Assembly: GCA_030141605.1 (NCBI GenBank)
Contig: JAQGDQ010000186.1
Coordinates: forward strand, 310,001 to 374,000
Length of the DNA: 64,000 nucleotides
Reading direction: 5' to 3'
Source of the DNA: Tubiluchus corallicola
Lineage: Eukaryota; Animalia; Priapulida
In this document: positions 40,101 through 52,300 of the stretch, piece by piece
Layout: the number at the start of each line of letters is the position of its first letter
Numbering within the stretch: position 1 is the stretch's first letter
Position numbers and translations under genes: made by a program
The notes under the pieces: generated by a model
The model's input: only the letters and a program-made list of their open reading frames with translations
Database searches by the model: none
Told to the model about the DNA's origin: nothing

Positions 40101-40605
40101 ACAATATTGTTACTGAAGATCACAGAATAATTATTAATAAGTTATTAATTGTTAATTAGTTATTAGCAATAACAGCAGCTGTATATATAAGCTTGAAATT
40201 ACGACTTGCAATTCTGCATACAATGCTGATTAATATCTAATCCTGCTTCTCCGAAATGAGATCTAATTGAACCTTGGATAAAATCCTAATTCTATGCTAG
40301 TCTGCATAAATTTCAGCCAGTCTATGAATTGCTTAAATTGACCAATTCATGATCTGCAAAATTTTGCAATTCAAAATGTGCAGATACATGGCGAGAAACT
40401 TTGAAAAGTTCGGGACTTGGGGAGTAAAAATGCATTAATTACCGTTAATTTCTACCTGTGCAGCAGGCAGAAAATAACTGAAGTGAAAAGGTTTGTGTCG
40501 AAAAACACCAACACAAAGAAAGCAATTTTAATTTACCTTATCCAAGATAGGCTGTATCAAACCAGGAAGAGCCATTGACACAACTGGATCGTCTCCCATG
40601 GTCAT
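28106..40605 (-). CDS. PDCD10: Programmed cell death protein 10 (CCM3), 7 coding exons, 206 aa
   Basis: Minus-strand exons 40605-40537 (MTMGDDPVVSMALPGLIQPILDK), 35976-35923 (LGTKDKAAAQTLRIAFDK), 34254-34134 (VEAMHPGFTYDLVNG...), 31348-31222 (..LKKILSRIPDEINDRKAFLETIK), 30687-30606 (EIASAIKKLLDAVNN..), 29097-29015 (..REFVKYSKRFSNTLKDYFREG), 28190-28106 (..SANCLINQTNLIMTTIKQKCD*). All introns are GT-AG, phases join correctly, total 621 nt. Motifs match PDCD10 (IPDEINDR, IASAIK, EFVKYSK.FS.TLK). Confidence 0.95.
31590..32205 (-). pseudogene. Decayed hAT transposase fragment (ZNF862-like) in PDCD10 intron 3
   Basis: Minus strand reads SIDGALTVKKELVL (first catalytic D region), then YNGLLNRLKNDRMD*LIMVHCVAHRVELAIK (hAT CxxH motif, HCVAHR at 31802-31819), then YSFPKVHG. 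Stops and frameshifts are present. Confidence 0.7.
32206..33119. mobile_element. Unclassified non-autonomous TIR element, 914 bp, TGT...ACA ends, 7-bp TSD
   Basis: Perfect 38-bp TIRs (tgttgggagccgtttggaccactgcgccaagtagacca at 32206-32243; inverse at 33082-33119). Direct repeat acacacc at 32199-32205 and 33120-33126. Internal palindromic gtcctacNtgggct...cccaNgtaggacac motifs. Confidence 0.9.
34489..35299 (+). mobile_element. Internally deleted pogo/Tigger-like element in PDCD10 intron 2
   Basis: TIR acgctgtttagtgtaatttgtctgtg / cacagactaattacactaaacagcgt. Internal remnant FPPKATDLIQPADSSFG (~34748-34800) matches the pogo DDE motif FLPPNTTS.IQP.D. Confidence 0.75.
36845..37058. repeat. Degenerate ~116-bp tandem duplication
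   Basis: atcgctatatacaaag...aagcattttgtacata...gatacaggttgggttt is repeated as atcgccatttacaaaa...aagcattctgtacata...aatacaggttgagttt. Confidence 0.6.
37703..37774. repeat. Near-perfect 37-bp tandem duplication
   Basis: aaacaattcttcataattttgttataggccatttt occurs twice in tandem, at the downstream edge of the LINE fragment. Confidence 0.9.
37850..38500 (-). mobile_element. Decayed non-LTR retrotransposon ORF2 fragment (post-RT region; CR1/L2-like superclade) in PDCD10 intron 1
   Basis: ORF 38127-38561 reads NNLLHINYRKIRVVVFG...IHIKYLGVYF.TG.YHKH..MKCLRALFKL, matching the L.IN..KTKV..F / YKYLGV thumb region of LINE reverse transcriptases. A downstream AKLGLYLL segment resembles the ELG..PL motif. 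Confidence 0.7.
39215..39280 (+). repeat. Degenerate (GAT/GAC)n trinucleotide repeat
   Basis: gatgatgatggtgatgatactgatgacaatggtgatgac... in PDCD10 intron 1. Confidence 0.75.
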
Positions 40606-40911
40606 TATCTACTAAACAAGTGATAATATTTCTTAGTGACCAAATAAAAGAAATAACTATAATCAATAATCTTTATTTAATGTCAGAGCAATTGCCACCA
40701 TATCTAAACGTCTAAAAAATCCGTACAATCAACAGCACCAACTAGTAAACAACATAGGACTTCGATCTCAGTAACAAGACCGATGACACTGAAATAAGCA
40801 AAACTCCAACTTTGAAAATCTGGCACAGTCAACAATTTCTGTAACTCTGTGCGAACTCCTTAATTCTGTTATTAGAGCTTGAGTTAATATTTTAGGCTAA
40901 AGGGCTACAGA

Positions 40912-42262
40912 GGTTTTTGGGTGCGCATGCTATTTGGACACAGAACATTTTAGACAGATATGATTATATGAACACAGGTTGTTTTCACACATCGGTTATT
41001 TGGATGCATAGCCCTTTTTGGCACTAGAGGTTTTGGATACTGGATATTTAGACAATATTTTTCACACAGGTTATTTAGAAATGTAAATAATTTGGATACA
41101 TAATCTATTTAGATACCAAAAATACCATTCTGGTTCAAGGGGGGATCGTACTATTGGTTATTTAATTATTGTTATACCCTGTTCTTGGAGACAGGTAAAC
41201 TTGAGTCGCTTTATTCTAAAATTCAATCAGTTTTTAGTGTGAATGTGCGATCAAACACATGACAGATATTATCAGATTATCAATATATATTATCTATTTT
41301 GAAATATTTTTGCTTGCTACCTCAAATCCAATGGTGCTTGCAGTCTGCAGGACAAAAAGTATGTAAGTGATAAAGTGTTTTCATAGTATGGGGATATCTG
41401 AATGCGGTTATGGTATAGCTGCAATGATTCAGGCAACTGTGACAGGTATGTGATTAACATGCTACAGCAATTAATTGAAATGGATAAACAAGATTTCTTA
41501 CTGTAACTTTTCATGCTAAACTGATTGAAAAACTTAATTCTAATGTGCTATTAAGTGCGATAATAATACAATATAGATTAAGCTGTTTAGGTGCTAATTA
41601 AAGACAAATGACGAACATCGGCACGAAAGATTTTTTTAAAGGTAAGTAAAATGGGCAATAAAAACCTTTTTACAGCAAATGTCATGTGATGCAGAATTTT
41701 CCTGGTCACAGCCATATAGTTGGCACAAACAATAATAAATTTTGGTATTCCTGTCACAGCTATAAAAGGACACCAATTTGAGAAGTTTTTATGGTTGAGC
41801 TATACTGACAGGGTACACGTAGATCTAATTCAGAGTGCATAATTTATGGCTTAGTAGGCTAAATTTAGATTTCTTATAATTTTTAAATATCCAGGTACAA
41901 GCTAACAACTCAAATCAGCAGTCAGCCAAATTATAACGGAATTAGCAAGAGGTCAAATAACAACAATCACCAACAAGATGATTATCATTTAAACCCCTGC
42001 ATTTTTTCACAGTTGTTCAGTATAATGAATGAGAACTAAAATGTGTGTCAGTGCAGCGATAGTCTTGTGTCCAGATTACATACATCCAAATAGCCTACGT
42101 ATATATATGTGTGTGTCCAAAATGCCTTGTATCCAAGTAATCTGTGCGTCCAGATGTCTATCTGTCCAAATAAGCCCATAATATGTGTCCAAATGACCTA
42201 TGTGTCGAAATTCGTCCAAAAGTCTTGTGGCCTAACGCCCTGTGTCGAAATGTTTACACACG
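40912..42262. mobile_element. Degenerate foldback-type element with inverted arrays of ~15-bp subterminal repeats
   Basis: Left array 40930-41115 of (t)atttggacaca-like units; right array 42060-42260 of the reverse complement (tgtgtccaaat). Exact ends and TSD are unresolved. Confidence 0.55.
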
Positions 42263-42386
42263 GCTACTGCAGCGCTGTCTGTCTAGTCCACTAGCAGGAA
42301 TAAAAGAACAAAAAACGCGACATAACTTGAACAACATGCAATTATTTAAATCAAATTCGTTGTTTTTGTGGATAGATCGTCATTCA

Positions 42387-42422
42387 TCAACATGGCGCAA
42401 CAGTAAACTTGTAAACGTAAGG
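42387..42422 (+). promoter_or_regulatory. Candidate GTPBP1 5' non-coding exon with YY1-type motif and splice donor
   Basis: tcAACATGGCG at 42387-42397 (AANATGGCG is common near housekeeping transcription starts), followed by donor-like C|GTAAGG at 42417. Inference only. Confidence 0.3.
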
Positions 42423-43384
42423 TTACCAATAACAATTATTCCCAATAGCTTGTTACAAGGTTGGGAGTTATTTAACTTATGCAAGCTGTGGGTGTCGTCA
42501 CCTTTGATTCATTCTTTAAAAGTTGTTATAAGACTAATTTAAGCTGATTAGAAGTTGTATTGATTTGGCAAGCTGCTAGAATAAAAATATAAACAACATT
42601 ATTAATTTTATCTTGTTATAAATGTAAAATACTGGGAAAAAATTGTCTGTATTTAATAAATAAAGAGTGTGTTGGTTATTGGATAACCTATTGCTAAAAC
42701 TAAATTGTGATTGATTGTTTTATCATGGCCACAGGGCATAATCATTTCACTTGACAGTTTATTAAAACTAACTTTGCGTTTGTTGTATATGGCTTCCATT
42801 AATTTATTTTTTATCCAACTTTTTATGTCTTCTTTGTTGTGCTATTTATAATTATCCTTACCTTTTAATAAGTGGCAAGCTTTAGAGTTTATTTTTGAAT
42901 ATTTAAATAACATCGTGTTACGTGAAAAAGAAGATGATTGCATCAGCCTTTATGTTGCACCACATCTTGCATCAGCTCTATTTGTATTTACTGTGTTGCA
43001 TATCTACATTGCTATAGAAACTTATGAGAGGTTTATAAGGAACAAAAAGTTTGTTATTTGAGACTCGTATGTGAGAGAAGGTAACATCAAAGCAACACAC
43101 AACTGTAGTGAAAGTACATTTCAAGGAAATTTTTGTATTTGCCAATAATTTCTTAACATTTACTAAAGCTAAAGTTCTTATATTTTTTAAGCTCATTAAG
43201 ATGTGAAGAGGAAAAGAGCAAACAGTTTTCTACACACTTAAATGTGTCAGCATTTAGTGTTCTGCACATTTTGGAATGGAACGTCATTAAAACAGACCAA
43301 TTTTCTTTGTGGCTTAATAAAAATGACATAGAACATTCACTTTTTACTGGACAAACAACTGATTTCTGTGGTTTCACGTGAGAT

Positions 43385-46300
43385 ATGGCAGGCTTGATTG
43401 GTTCTCCACCAGAGACGCCAGTGGCCACACCATCAGGCGAGCAACCGCCAACTCAGTTTGGCATTAATTTATTTGCCCCGGATGACAGTGTGATGAACGG
43501 CTGTGACGATTTTGTTATAAGCAGTAAGGTAAGGAAACAATCCTGCTATACTTATAAGCAGGTACAAAACCCACATTTAAATTTAAAAACCAAATAGATT
43601 TGTGTCTTAGAATGTGAAATTGTGCGACTGCATTTCAATTTAAACATATAATTTTAAAAAATTTTGAACAAAAGTTATAATGTTAAAAATTTTCGAAACC
43701 TGCTGGCTTAAGCAGGTGTACCTTGGTTTAGTCCTAGTGAAATAGAAGTTTAAGTGCTTATTGTGGGTTTATACATTGCTGATCTTTAGTAATAACTTAG
43801 CTCTGTTTTTGTTATTAATATTTACTTTCTACTTGAAAGCCATTCTGGGCTATTTAGCTGTTGCATTTCTAGCAACTGTTAGTGTGAAAGTAACTTTGCA
43901 AGCTTATAAAGGCAGGAGTAGTTTCTAATATCTGTATTGAAGTGCCATTAGAGGATTTAATGGAATTGATTAAACGAAAACATTAAAATACATACTATAG
44001 TGACAAGGAAAGTGCTTCCCTTCATTTTGAATGCATTCTAGAACAAACTGTCGTCAACTAGCAAGCCCTAGATTACAAAGCAAAAACATGCCATCTTATT
44101 TTGCTTAAAAGTTCCATCATTCACTTTTTTTATTATTTAACTGAATAACACTGATAATTTTGCTGCAGCTTGCCTTAAATTTTTATAGTCAGTGCTTGTT
44201 TCTCCAACTGAAGACCAGTACAGTATGCTGCTGCAGCTTATGCAGAGGCGACTAGAGGAAGGAGAAACACTGTACACAGTAGGTGTAGGAGGTAAGCTTA
44301 AGCAAAAATTATATTGTTACGCTGTACAATGTTTCCTTTGTTAAGGTATTTTAATACAGAACTGCTTAAAATAAGTCATAATCATATTATGATTTAATTT
44401 ACTGCAAAATAGCAGGAAGAAAATGTAAATCGGTGCACTGGCATGATGAAATCTAGTGTAAAATATTCAGTGAGAATAGAAACACATAGTACAATCCAGT
44501 GTATTTAGTTCTTTGCATTAAATTAACGCGTAGCTGTAACACATTAACACGTGTGTTTGTGCTGTTTTTGAAGAGATTGGATGACAATTTTCCCATGTCT
44601 TGCTGGTTTTTCACAATAAATAAGGTAAATTTTTATTTACCTATTTATTAATTTAGCAGGAAAAAGCACGAAATATTTTTAATTTCAGTATTACTTTTGA
44701 GACTTGAGCTTTTATTTCTGGTGATACTTAAATGTGTTAATTGCTGTTTATCCTGTATACAAAAACAATCATGGCTTGCAATGTTTTTAATTATCTTGAT
44801 CCTGAAATTATCCATGAAAAACAGTTATAGTCAAACACACTCTGCTCTCTATTATTATGTTTAATTATATTCAAGCAAGGTTTGCTCTCTATTTTTTGTT
44901 ATATCTTCTCTAGATGAAGTTGATAAAGGCTTACCAGAGGAAGATTTTGAAGCTTCAGCTCAAACACTTCAAATGTTAGCTGCTAATTGCAATGCTGACT
45001 GTGTACTGCTTTCTAAGCGCATGCTCGCTACTGGCTGTATTGCGGAATACTTGATACGAAAAAAATCAGAAGTAGAAGATTTCATTGAAGTTAGGTAAGT
45101 ATAAATCTATTTCCAAAAGGTGAATATCATTTTTTATGAACTTAGCTTAAGAATTTTTGAATCAAGACATCTTAGGTTTATTTGGTTAATAAATATGGAC
45201 ATATCTACATTTTATAATGGAGTTATTACTCAAATTGGCAGTTTTTTGTACCAATTATATCCAAACACGCCTTAAAAATATAAAATCAGGTCATGAAAGG
45301 GAAAATTCTGACAAATGACAGATACATTCTACCACAAGTGGCAGTACCTGTTATGTTCTTTCTAAAGCTGGTTAGGTTATAATTAGCCTTGAATTAATGA
45401 ATTCTTCTAAAGCATTCCACAGCTAAGAGGCTTGCGAAAAAAAACTATAAATAAATTTGTGTTGAGTCACAAAATGTTAAGTTCAAATTAAGTTTTGCAA
45501 ATTTTGTTCTTCAATAACAGGGTAGCAGTTGTTGGTAACGTCGATGCAGGGAAAAGTACTCTTCTAGGTGTACTGACACATGGTGAGCTGGATAATGGCC
45601 GAGGAATGGCAAGAATGAAACTTTTCCGACACAAGCATGAAATGGAGTCGGGAAGAACTAGCAGTGTAGGCAAGTAATTTTTAGTGCTCCTAGTTTTATT
45701 TCTGATACCTCACACTATAATGAGCATTCTTAATTTTATTTCTACTTCTGTTTGTATTTGATTTAGGGTAAAATTTATTTTTTTTTAATTCTGGTATCTC
45801 CAAATTCCAGTTCTAGTGAACTAAGCAACAATCTGTATATTTTTGTAGTTCACAAATTTTGTGTAGATTGCCAATAGATCTCAACCGCAATGATAAAAAA
45901 TAAAAAATGTATGAAAATCAAGGCATATACTTACTTGTTGAATGGATGTCGATCATTTTAATATATGTTAAACTTAGTTTTTGTTTTTTTTATTTTTTTG
46001 CCACATACCAGATTTTTTATCAACTCTTAGTGATACTCTCGTTTTACATAAGAACTTAAGAAATGAAAGAAATAGTTTGCATTAGAAGCTGAAATATTTG
46101 TCCATTTGGGGAAAAAAGCTATTCTACAGTTGTTCAGTAACGTTTGACATTGGATCTATGGAGTTCTACTAAATTCATTATTTGTTTTTTCTTTACTCAC
46201 AAGTTGTGAAGTAGACTCACAAAGTTTATCCCATTAAAAGTATATGGGATATTGAAAGTTATATATTCACACTATCACATTACAGTACACATACACATTT

Positions 46301-49300
46301 GATTCATTTATTACTCTTTGCCACAGGTAATGACATATTAGGCTTTGATAGCTCAGGAGGAATAGTTAATAAACCAGACACACATGGTGGACATTTGGAC
46401 TGGAAGAAGATTTGTGAGGATTCAGCTAAAGTGAGATTTTTGAATTTTGTTTTGTAAAGCATGTTAGCTATGTTCTAATCAAAATATTTTTGCTATGCTG
46501 ATATTAAGACTGCAATTCCAGCTTAAATTTAAATATAACTAAAACTCAAAACTGAAAGGAAAATAGACAGTGCAACTAATTTAAGCGTATTACGCTTTTG
46601 TTATTTTTTGTATGTATTGATTGGCATATAAATATTATTTTTTTTAAATTGATGGTAAATTCTGTTAAAACAATTACAGATTTCGAGATAAATTTCTATT
46701 ATACCTGTAACTCACTACTTAATATACCGCTTTCTTATCACAACTATTAACAAGGATTTGCTATGTCTGCCTGAAGATAACCTTTAAAAATGTCTGGTTT
46801 CAGGTGATAACCTTTATTGATCTTGCTGGGCATGAACGATATCTAAAGACTACAGTGTTTGGTATGACAGGACACATGCCTGATTTTTGTATGTTAATTG
46901 TAAGTATAATAATTACAAATAATTTTAAAATAAATAGTGTCGAGACTTTAAAGTTTTTATTATCCCATAATTAAGCTTAGTTACAGTATTCCAGGTAAAA
47001 CATTGCAGGCATTTATGAATGCGTGGTCTAGTCTGAAAAATGTATTGCTGACCGCAAGAAAACTCCAATTGCATTTTGTCAGTATTGTCAGGATTTTGTA
47101 GCATCCTAACTTTTTTGTGAGATGTGTCTTGAACTGTTTTCATAGGTTGGTGCAAATGCTGGCGTAGTTGGCATGTGTAAAGAACATTTAGGTCTTGCTC
47201 TTGCACTAAATGTTCCAGTGTTTGTCGTGGTGACAAAAATAGACATGTGCCCTTCAAATGTCCTTCAGGAAACATTGAAGCTGCTCCAGAGGATATTGAG
47301 GTCACCGGGATGTCGAAAGATCCCTGTTATGGTTATGAACACTGATGATGTTGTTGTCACAGCAACTAATTTCAGCTCAGAAAGGTGTGATCTAATGATA
47401 TGTTTAACATTATACTGACGAATACTGACCATTACTTCAACACAGTTAATGTACTGGTGTAGTAGAAGCCAGATTCATGTTAAAGTTGTGCTGTGAACTT
47501 ATTGTCATATTTTAATAGAGAATAAACAGCACTACACTATTCAGCTTATTACCTAGAAACTTAACCTATCAGTAGCACACTAAATGACAGAATAGCATAT
47601 TTTGTTTAATGCTCTTTGCAAGTTATCAAACTGAGCTATGAAATATAAATATCTATTTATATTATCCGATGGCATCATGGTACTAGAACATTGATGTAAT
47701 AAATTAGTATTCATCTTAATGATAATTGTGCTACAGCATTTTTGTCATAATTTAGGGTTTGTCCAATATTTAAAATTTCTAATGTTACTGGAGACAATAT
47801 GGATCTTTTAAAAATGTTTCTGAATTTGCTATCTGCGCGGATGGGTTTTGATAAGGAAAAGCCAGCAGAATTTCAGATTGATGACACGTACTCTGTTCCA
47901 GTAAGTACATTGTTGTTTTTATTCATTTGATAAACTGTTTTATGATACCAACTTTAGACAACTTTTGTACAGTTATGTATGAGTTTTTATTAGGATGTCT
48001 GCAGTTGGTGACTTTAGAACTCCCAAGTTTTAAATAATGTTGGTCATGTATTATAATGTGTCACCAAATACTACATTTCCCCACAATAATACATGATTTT
48101 ACAGTCACAATATTTTGTTTGATTTTTCAAAAATCATTTTTCAGTTGGTGTAATAATAACTTTGTGCAGGAAAGTTAGCCTGCAAAATTCAACTTTTTTG
48201 TGTGGTGCGAAACAGATTTAATTAATAATTTCATTATTTTCTAGTCAGGAATGTTGAGTCTTAAATCGGGGAAAGTTTGACACTCCTGTAAAGAGCGCCT
48301 GCTCACACTAGCAATGCATGAGCATGATTGGCTAAAACGCCGTTGTGGTTTTACAGGCACCTTATTGTTTCTCAGTACAAATATTTGTTCATTCTGTAAA
48401 ACTGGGCAGCCTATGTTGAAATCGGCATAAATGCAAAATAGTTAAAGTTAGGTTCATAATTTGCACAATTAAGCTTATTTCTGTGCTTTCTTACACCTGC
48501 TAAATAATGCCATTATGCAGTAATGTGCACTCAGTGGCATCGTGCCATAGGGGCCCGCCCCCCCCCCCAATTTTTTTTTAGAAAATGTCAAAAATTTGAA
48601 GGGTGTCAGCGGCTCGTAATGAGACCGGTAAGCAAATTTATTTCCGACTTTTTGACACGCAATAGCTAGCCTGTGCTCCATAAATGCGAACAGTATGAAC
48701 ATGAGTATGTGTTTACCTGAAAGTCAGGATGTAGTTAATTTGTTTGCATGTAATCTATTCAGGAGGCAGGCAGGAACAGTTAACAAAGCAGCTCGTTGAG
48801 TAGCATTAGCGTTTTTGCACAAAAGACTGTTAGTTAACAAAACGGCTCAGTTAGCACTCGAGCTTCGTTCAGCAGTGTGTTATAATAGAGAATAAGTGAA
48901 ATAATAGAGCAAAAACAATGCAAACATTGAAGTCATGTTGAGCTAGCCTAGTACCAGAGAGTCAGTTTGTCGAGCTAGCCTAGTACCAGAGAGTCGGTTT
49001 GGGAGATACAAATTGATGAGCCACGGCTCAGCCAGCTCCTGATTGGACATTACCGACTCTTTGCTACTCCTTAGCGACTCTTTCCCACGAGTTTGCTGCA
49101 TAAAAGGGCGTAATTTTGAGCACATTTCATCATTTTTCTCCTGTTAGGAAAATCTTTGCTAGTTTTCGCTGCGATTTTAGCTATATTTCTTAAACGATGT
49201 CAAGGCAGTCCAATCTGACTTCATTTTTCAAGTCCAACCGTGTTCCCGCAATTTGTCAAGAATGCTCCCCCCAGTACAATGAGTCAGGCACGACTGAGTG

Positions 49301-52300
49301 ACCCGATGATCCTTGCAGTTGAGGCTGAGAAAACAAAGAATATGGACTTGAAGTCTGTGGTTGAGCTCTTCTGGAGTGATGTTCTGCGTTGATAGTTCTG
49401 CGTCGGATTCCTGACAGCTAATAAATACTTAATTAAATTTTAATTTAATTTTTAATTTTAATTAAGTTTCCGTTGCTATAGCTTTAAGTTAAATGCCAGT
49501 TGGGAATAAATAAATAGTTTTTCTTGCACGCAAAATACTGTTTATTTTTTTTCAAAATTATACGTTTTTTAAACAGTTAAGTTCCGTCATTATATACAGT
49601 TGGGCCCCCCCCCCCCAATTTTTTTTGGTGCACGACGCCCCTGTGTGCACTTAACAAAATGAAAGATGCACACACCTTTGTGCAAAGAAATAAACAAAGC
49701 AGCTGACACGGAACTGAACGAAAGCACACAGTTATATTCAAATGACAGCCTTATTACAGCCGTAGCGTTATAAATTGGAATATTTTCTACACTAGATTAT
49801 GCAGTTTTCGCATAAAAACTTTACAAAAACCAAATGACAAATAAGCTGTAATTTTTTAAAGTTTGTTCAGCCATTTACATTTATATCAATTATTGACTTT
49901 TGTGAAAAGATAAAAAAATTGTCACTGATAAAAAAAGTGACAAAGATAAAAAATTGTAATAATTGGTTTAATTTCATGTTTTATGCAGTGACACACAGTA
50001 AAACTTTTTGGTAACTTTTGTGTACACAATTTGTTTAGCTGCAGAACGACTGTGGTACCCATGCAAAGTGATGTGATAAAGTAATGTGGTGCCTAAATGA
50101 TATGAACCACATGACTACCGTATATACTCGCATATAAGCCGAATTTAGAACTATAAAATACAATACTGAAATCAGGGGGTCGGCTTATATGCGCATGAAG
50201 CAAAATGAACACAAGGACAGACACTAATGCCAATTTTCCAGCCACACATTTTCATCGCTATCTGACTCTTTATTTGGTTGTGTGTCACCAGTGGTGTATT
50301 GGAGGGGGATCGCCGTCCACCCACTTTTTTTTTAGAAAAAATTCACATTTCAATAAATGTCTGCTTTTTGTATTCATTAGATAAAAAATATTAAAAATGT
50401 ATACGGGTTTAATATTAAATCTACTTGTTTTCATTTTTTCAAAAAACGGTTTTAAATAATGTCAATTTCTTTCAAATTTGTGAATGTAAAATGGTAAGTC
50501 TTGAGACTAGCCGTCCACCTACTTTTTATTTAGCAATACACCACTGTGTGTCACCAGTTGCGAGCCGTAACCAAGCCGACGTCATCAGCCAATTGGTAGG
50601 CAGCGCGTGGGGAGACGAGGGTCACGTGGCTTATAGAGGAACATATTGGTGTACACGTTTTCTGAACAGGCACTCTATAAGTTTGAGACAGAGAACGAAA
50701 ATTGCACAAAAATTGCCATCACAATATGAACATAAACTTTTGGGTTTTCAAAAGTATGTTATTGATCAAAGAAAGGCTGGTGACTTCCCTCTCTTCAGAA
50801 TTGGCAACATGGATGAGACAAGTTGATGGTCGGCTTATATACGGGTTTTTGCAAAAACTGGCCATTTTAAAGCAGTTTTAGGGGGTCGGCTTATATGCGA
50901 TGTAGGCTTATATGCGAGTATATACGGTACCAAACATTCTTAACTCTTCTCAAAGTAGGTAGCTCAAGTCACAGCTGTAATAGTCTTTTCAAGCAAATAT
51001 GAAAGCATTTTTATCAAAATTTATGTAATGTAATAGCTACTGAGTTATTTGTTGTCATCCATCCAAGTCCTAACTAGAGCAGGTAATGCTTAACTCCAAG
51101 AGCTGAATTTGAGCTAAACAGCAGTGTGCTTAACAAAAGTTGTTAATGTCATGAAAATGTATGCTTCGTTTAGGGTGTAGGTACTGTTGTATCAGGGACA
51201 ACATTGAAAGGCGTCATACAGCTAAATGACGTGCTGTTATTGGGACCCGACCCTCTGGGTCATTTCCAACCTGTTGCAATAAAGAGCATACATCGGAAAC
51301 GTATGCCTGTCAAATACGTTCGTGGTGGTCAGACAGCATCTTTTTCTTTAAAAAAGGTAAAATGGCTTGAGTCATATGATAATTTTTTTAAAAGATATAA
51401 ATAAATATATAATATAAATAATTTTTCTCATTAATGATTGGCTGGTTTTTTGTGGTGCAATGGAAATAAGCAGTGTTACCATTTTTACATTTTAATTTTA
51501 ATCTACACTACCAAAATTGTAAACAGATTTGTTCTTTATGCCAACATGATGAAATTTCGCATTATCTTGTATATCTAGTGACAAAACGATGATTTGCTGT
51601 GGATGTTTGGCTGTTAAGAATTAAGCTGCTGTTTACAGCTGTGCACGTCTGTGGTAAAAATAATTATGTAATTTTGCATTTTAGATTAAACGCTCTCAGA
51701 TCAGGAAAGGCATGGTGATGGTGTCACCTCACCTCAAACCAAAGGCTTGTTGGGAGTTTGAAGCAGACATTCTTATACTTCATCATCCAACAACAATTAG
51801 TACTCGTTATCAAGCCATGGGTAACCTACTATATAATTACTAAACTTCAGCAGCTCAGAGTGTAAAGTAAAAATACATGAAAACTAGTGGACGTTTTTGA
51901 CTGTGTCAAAAACTGTGCTAAGATTCTGCTTCTGTGACAGGAGATGTTTTATGTGACAACTTTCGTTTTTCAAATAAAAAGATATTTCAAAATAGTAAAC
52001 ATTATACATGTAGGTACTGTTGCGCTTGACATTGAAACCTTTAGTGAAATTGGAGTTTTTAATTTTTTTACCAGTAGCTGTAACTCAAGGTTCTGAACTA
52101 CATAATATTGCCTCCATTGAATGTTTGATTACTTAGGAATAACATTTTGTTTTAGCAAAATCTAAACTATAATTTTCTGACAGGTGACCAGTCACCAGTC
52201 TAATCATTAACTAAGCCCTGTATTGTTTTTATCATTACCAAGCACAACATGACCACACAGGTATTTCCAGACAGGAGCACAAAGTTGCTGAATAATAATT

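Noticed and set aside
40930-42260. CRISPR-like array of short repeats
   Set aside because: Units are degenerate, ~15 bp, without unique spacers, and arranged as inverted arrays in a eukaryotic context with no cas genes.
50425-50826. 133-aa ORF as a functional gene
   Set aside because: It is chimeric: it starts within the nested hAT MITE and runs into a truncated pogo transposase remnant.
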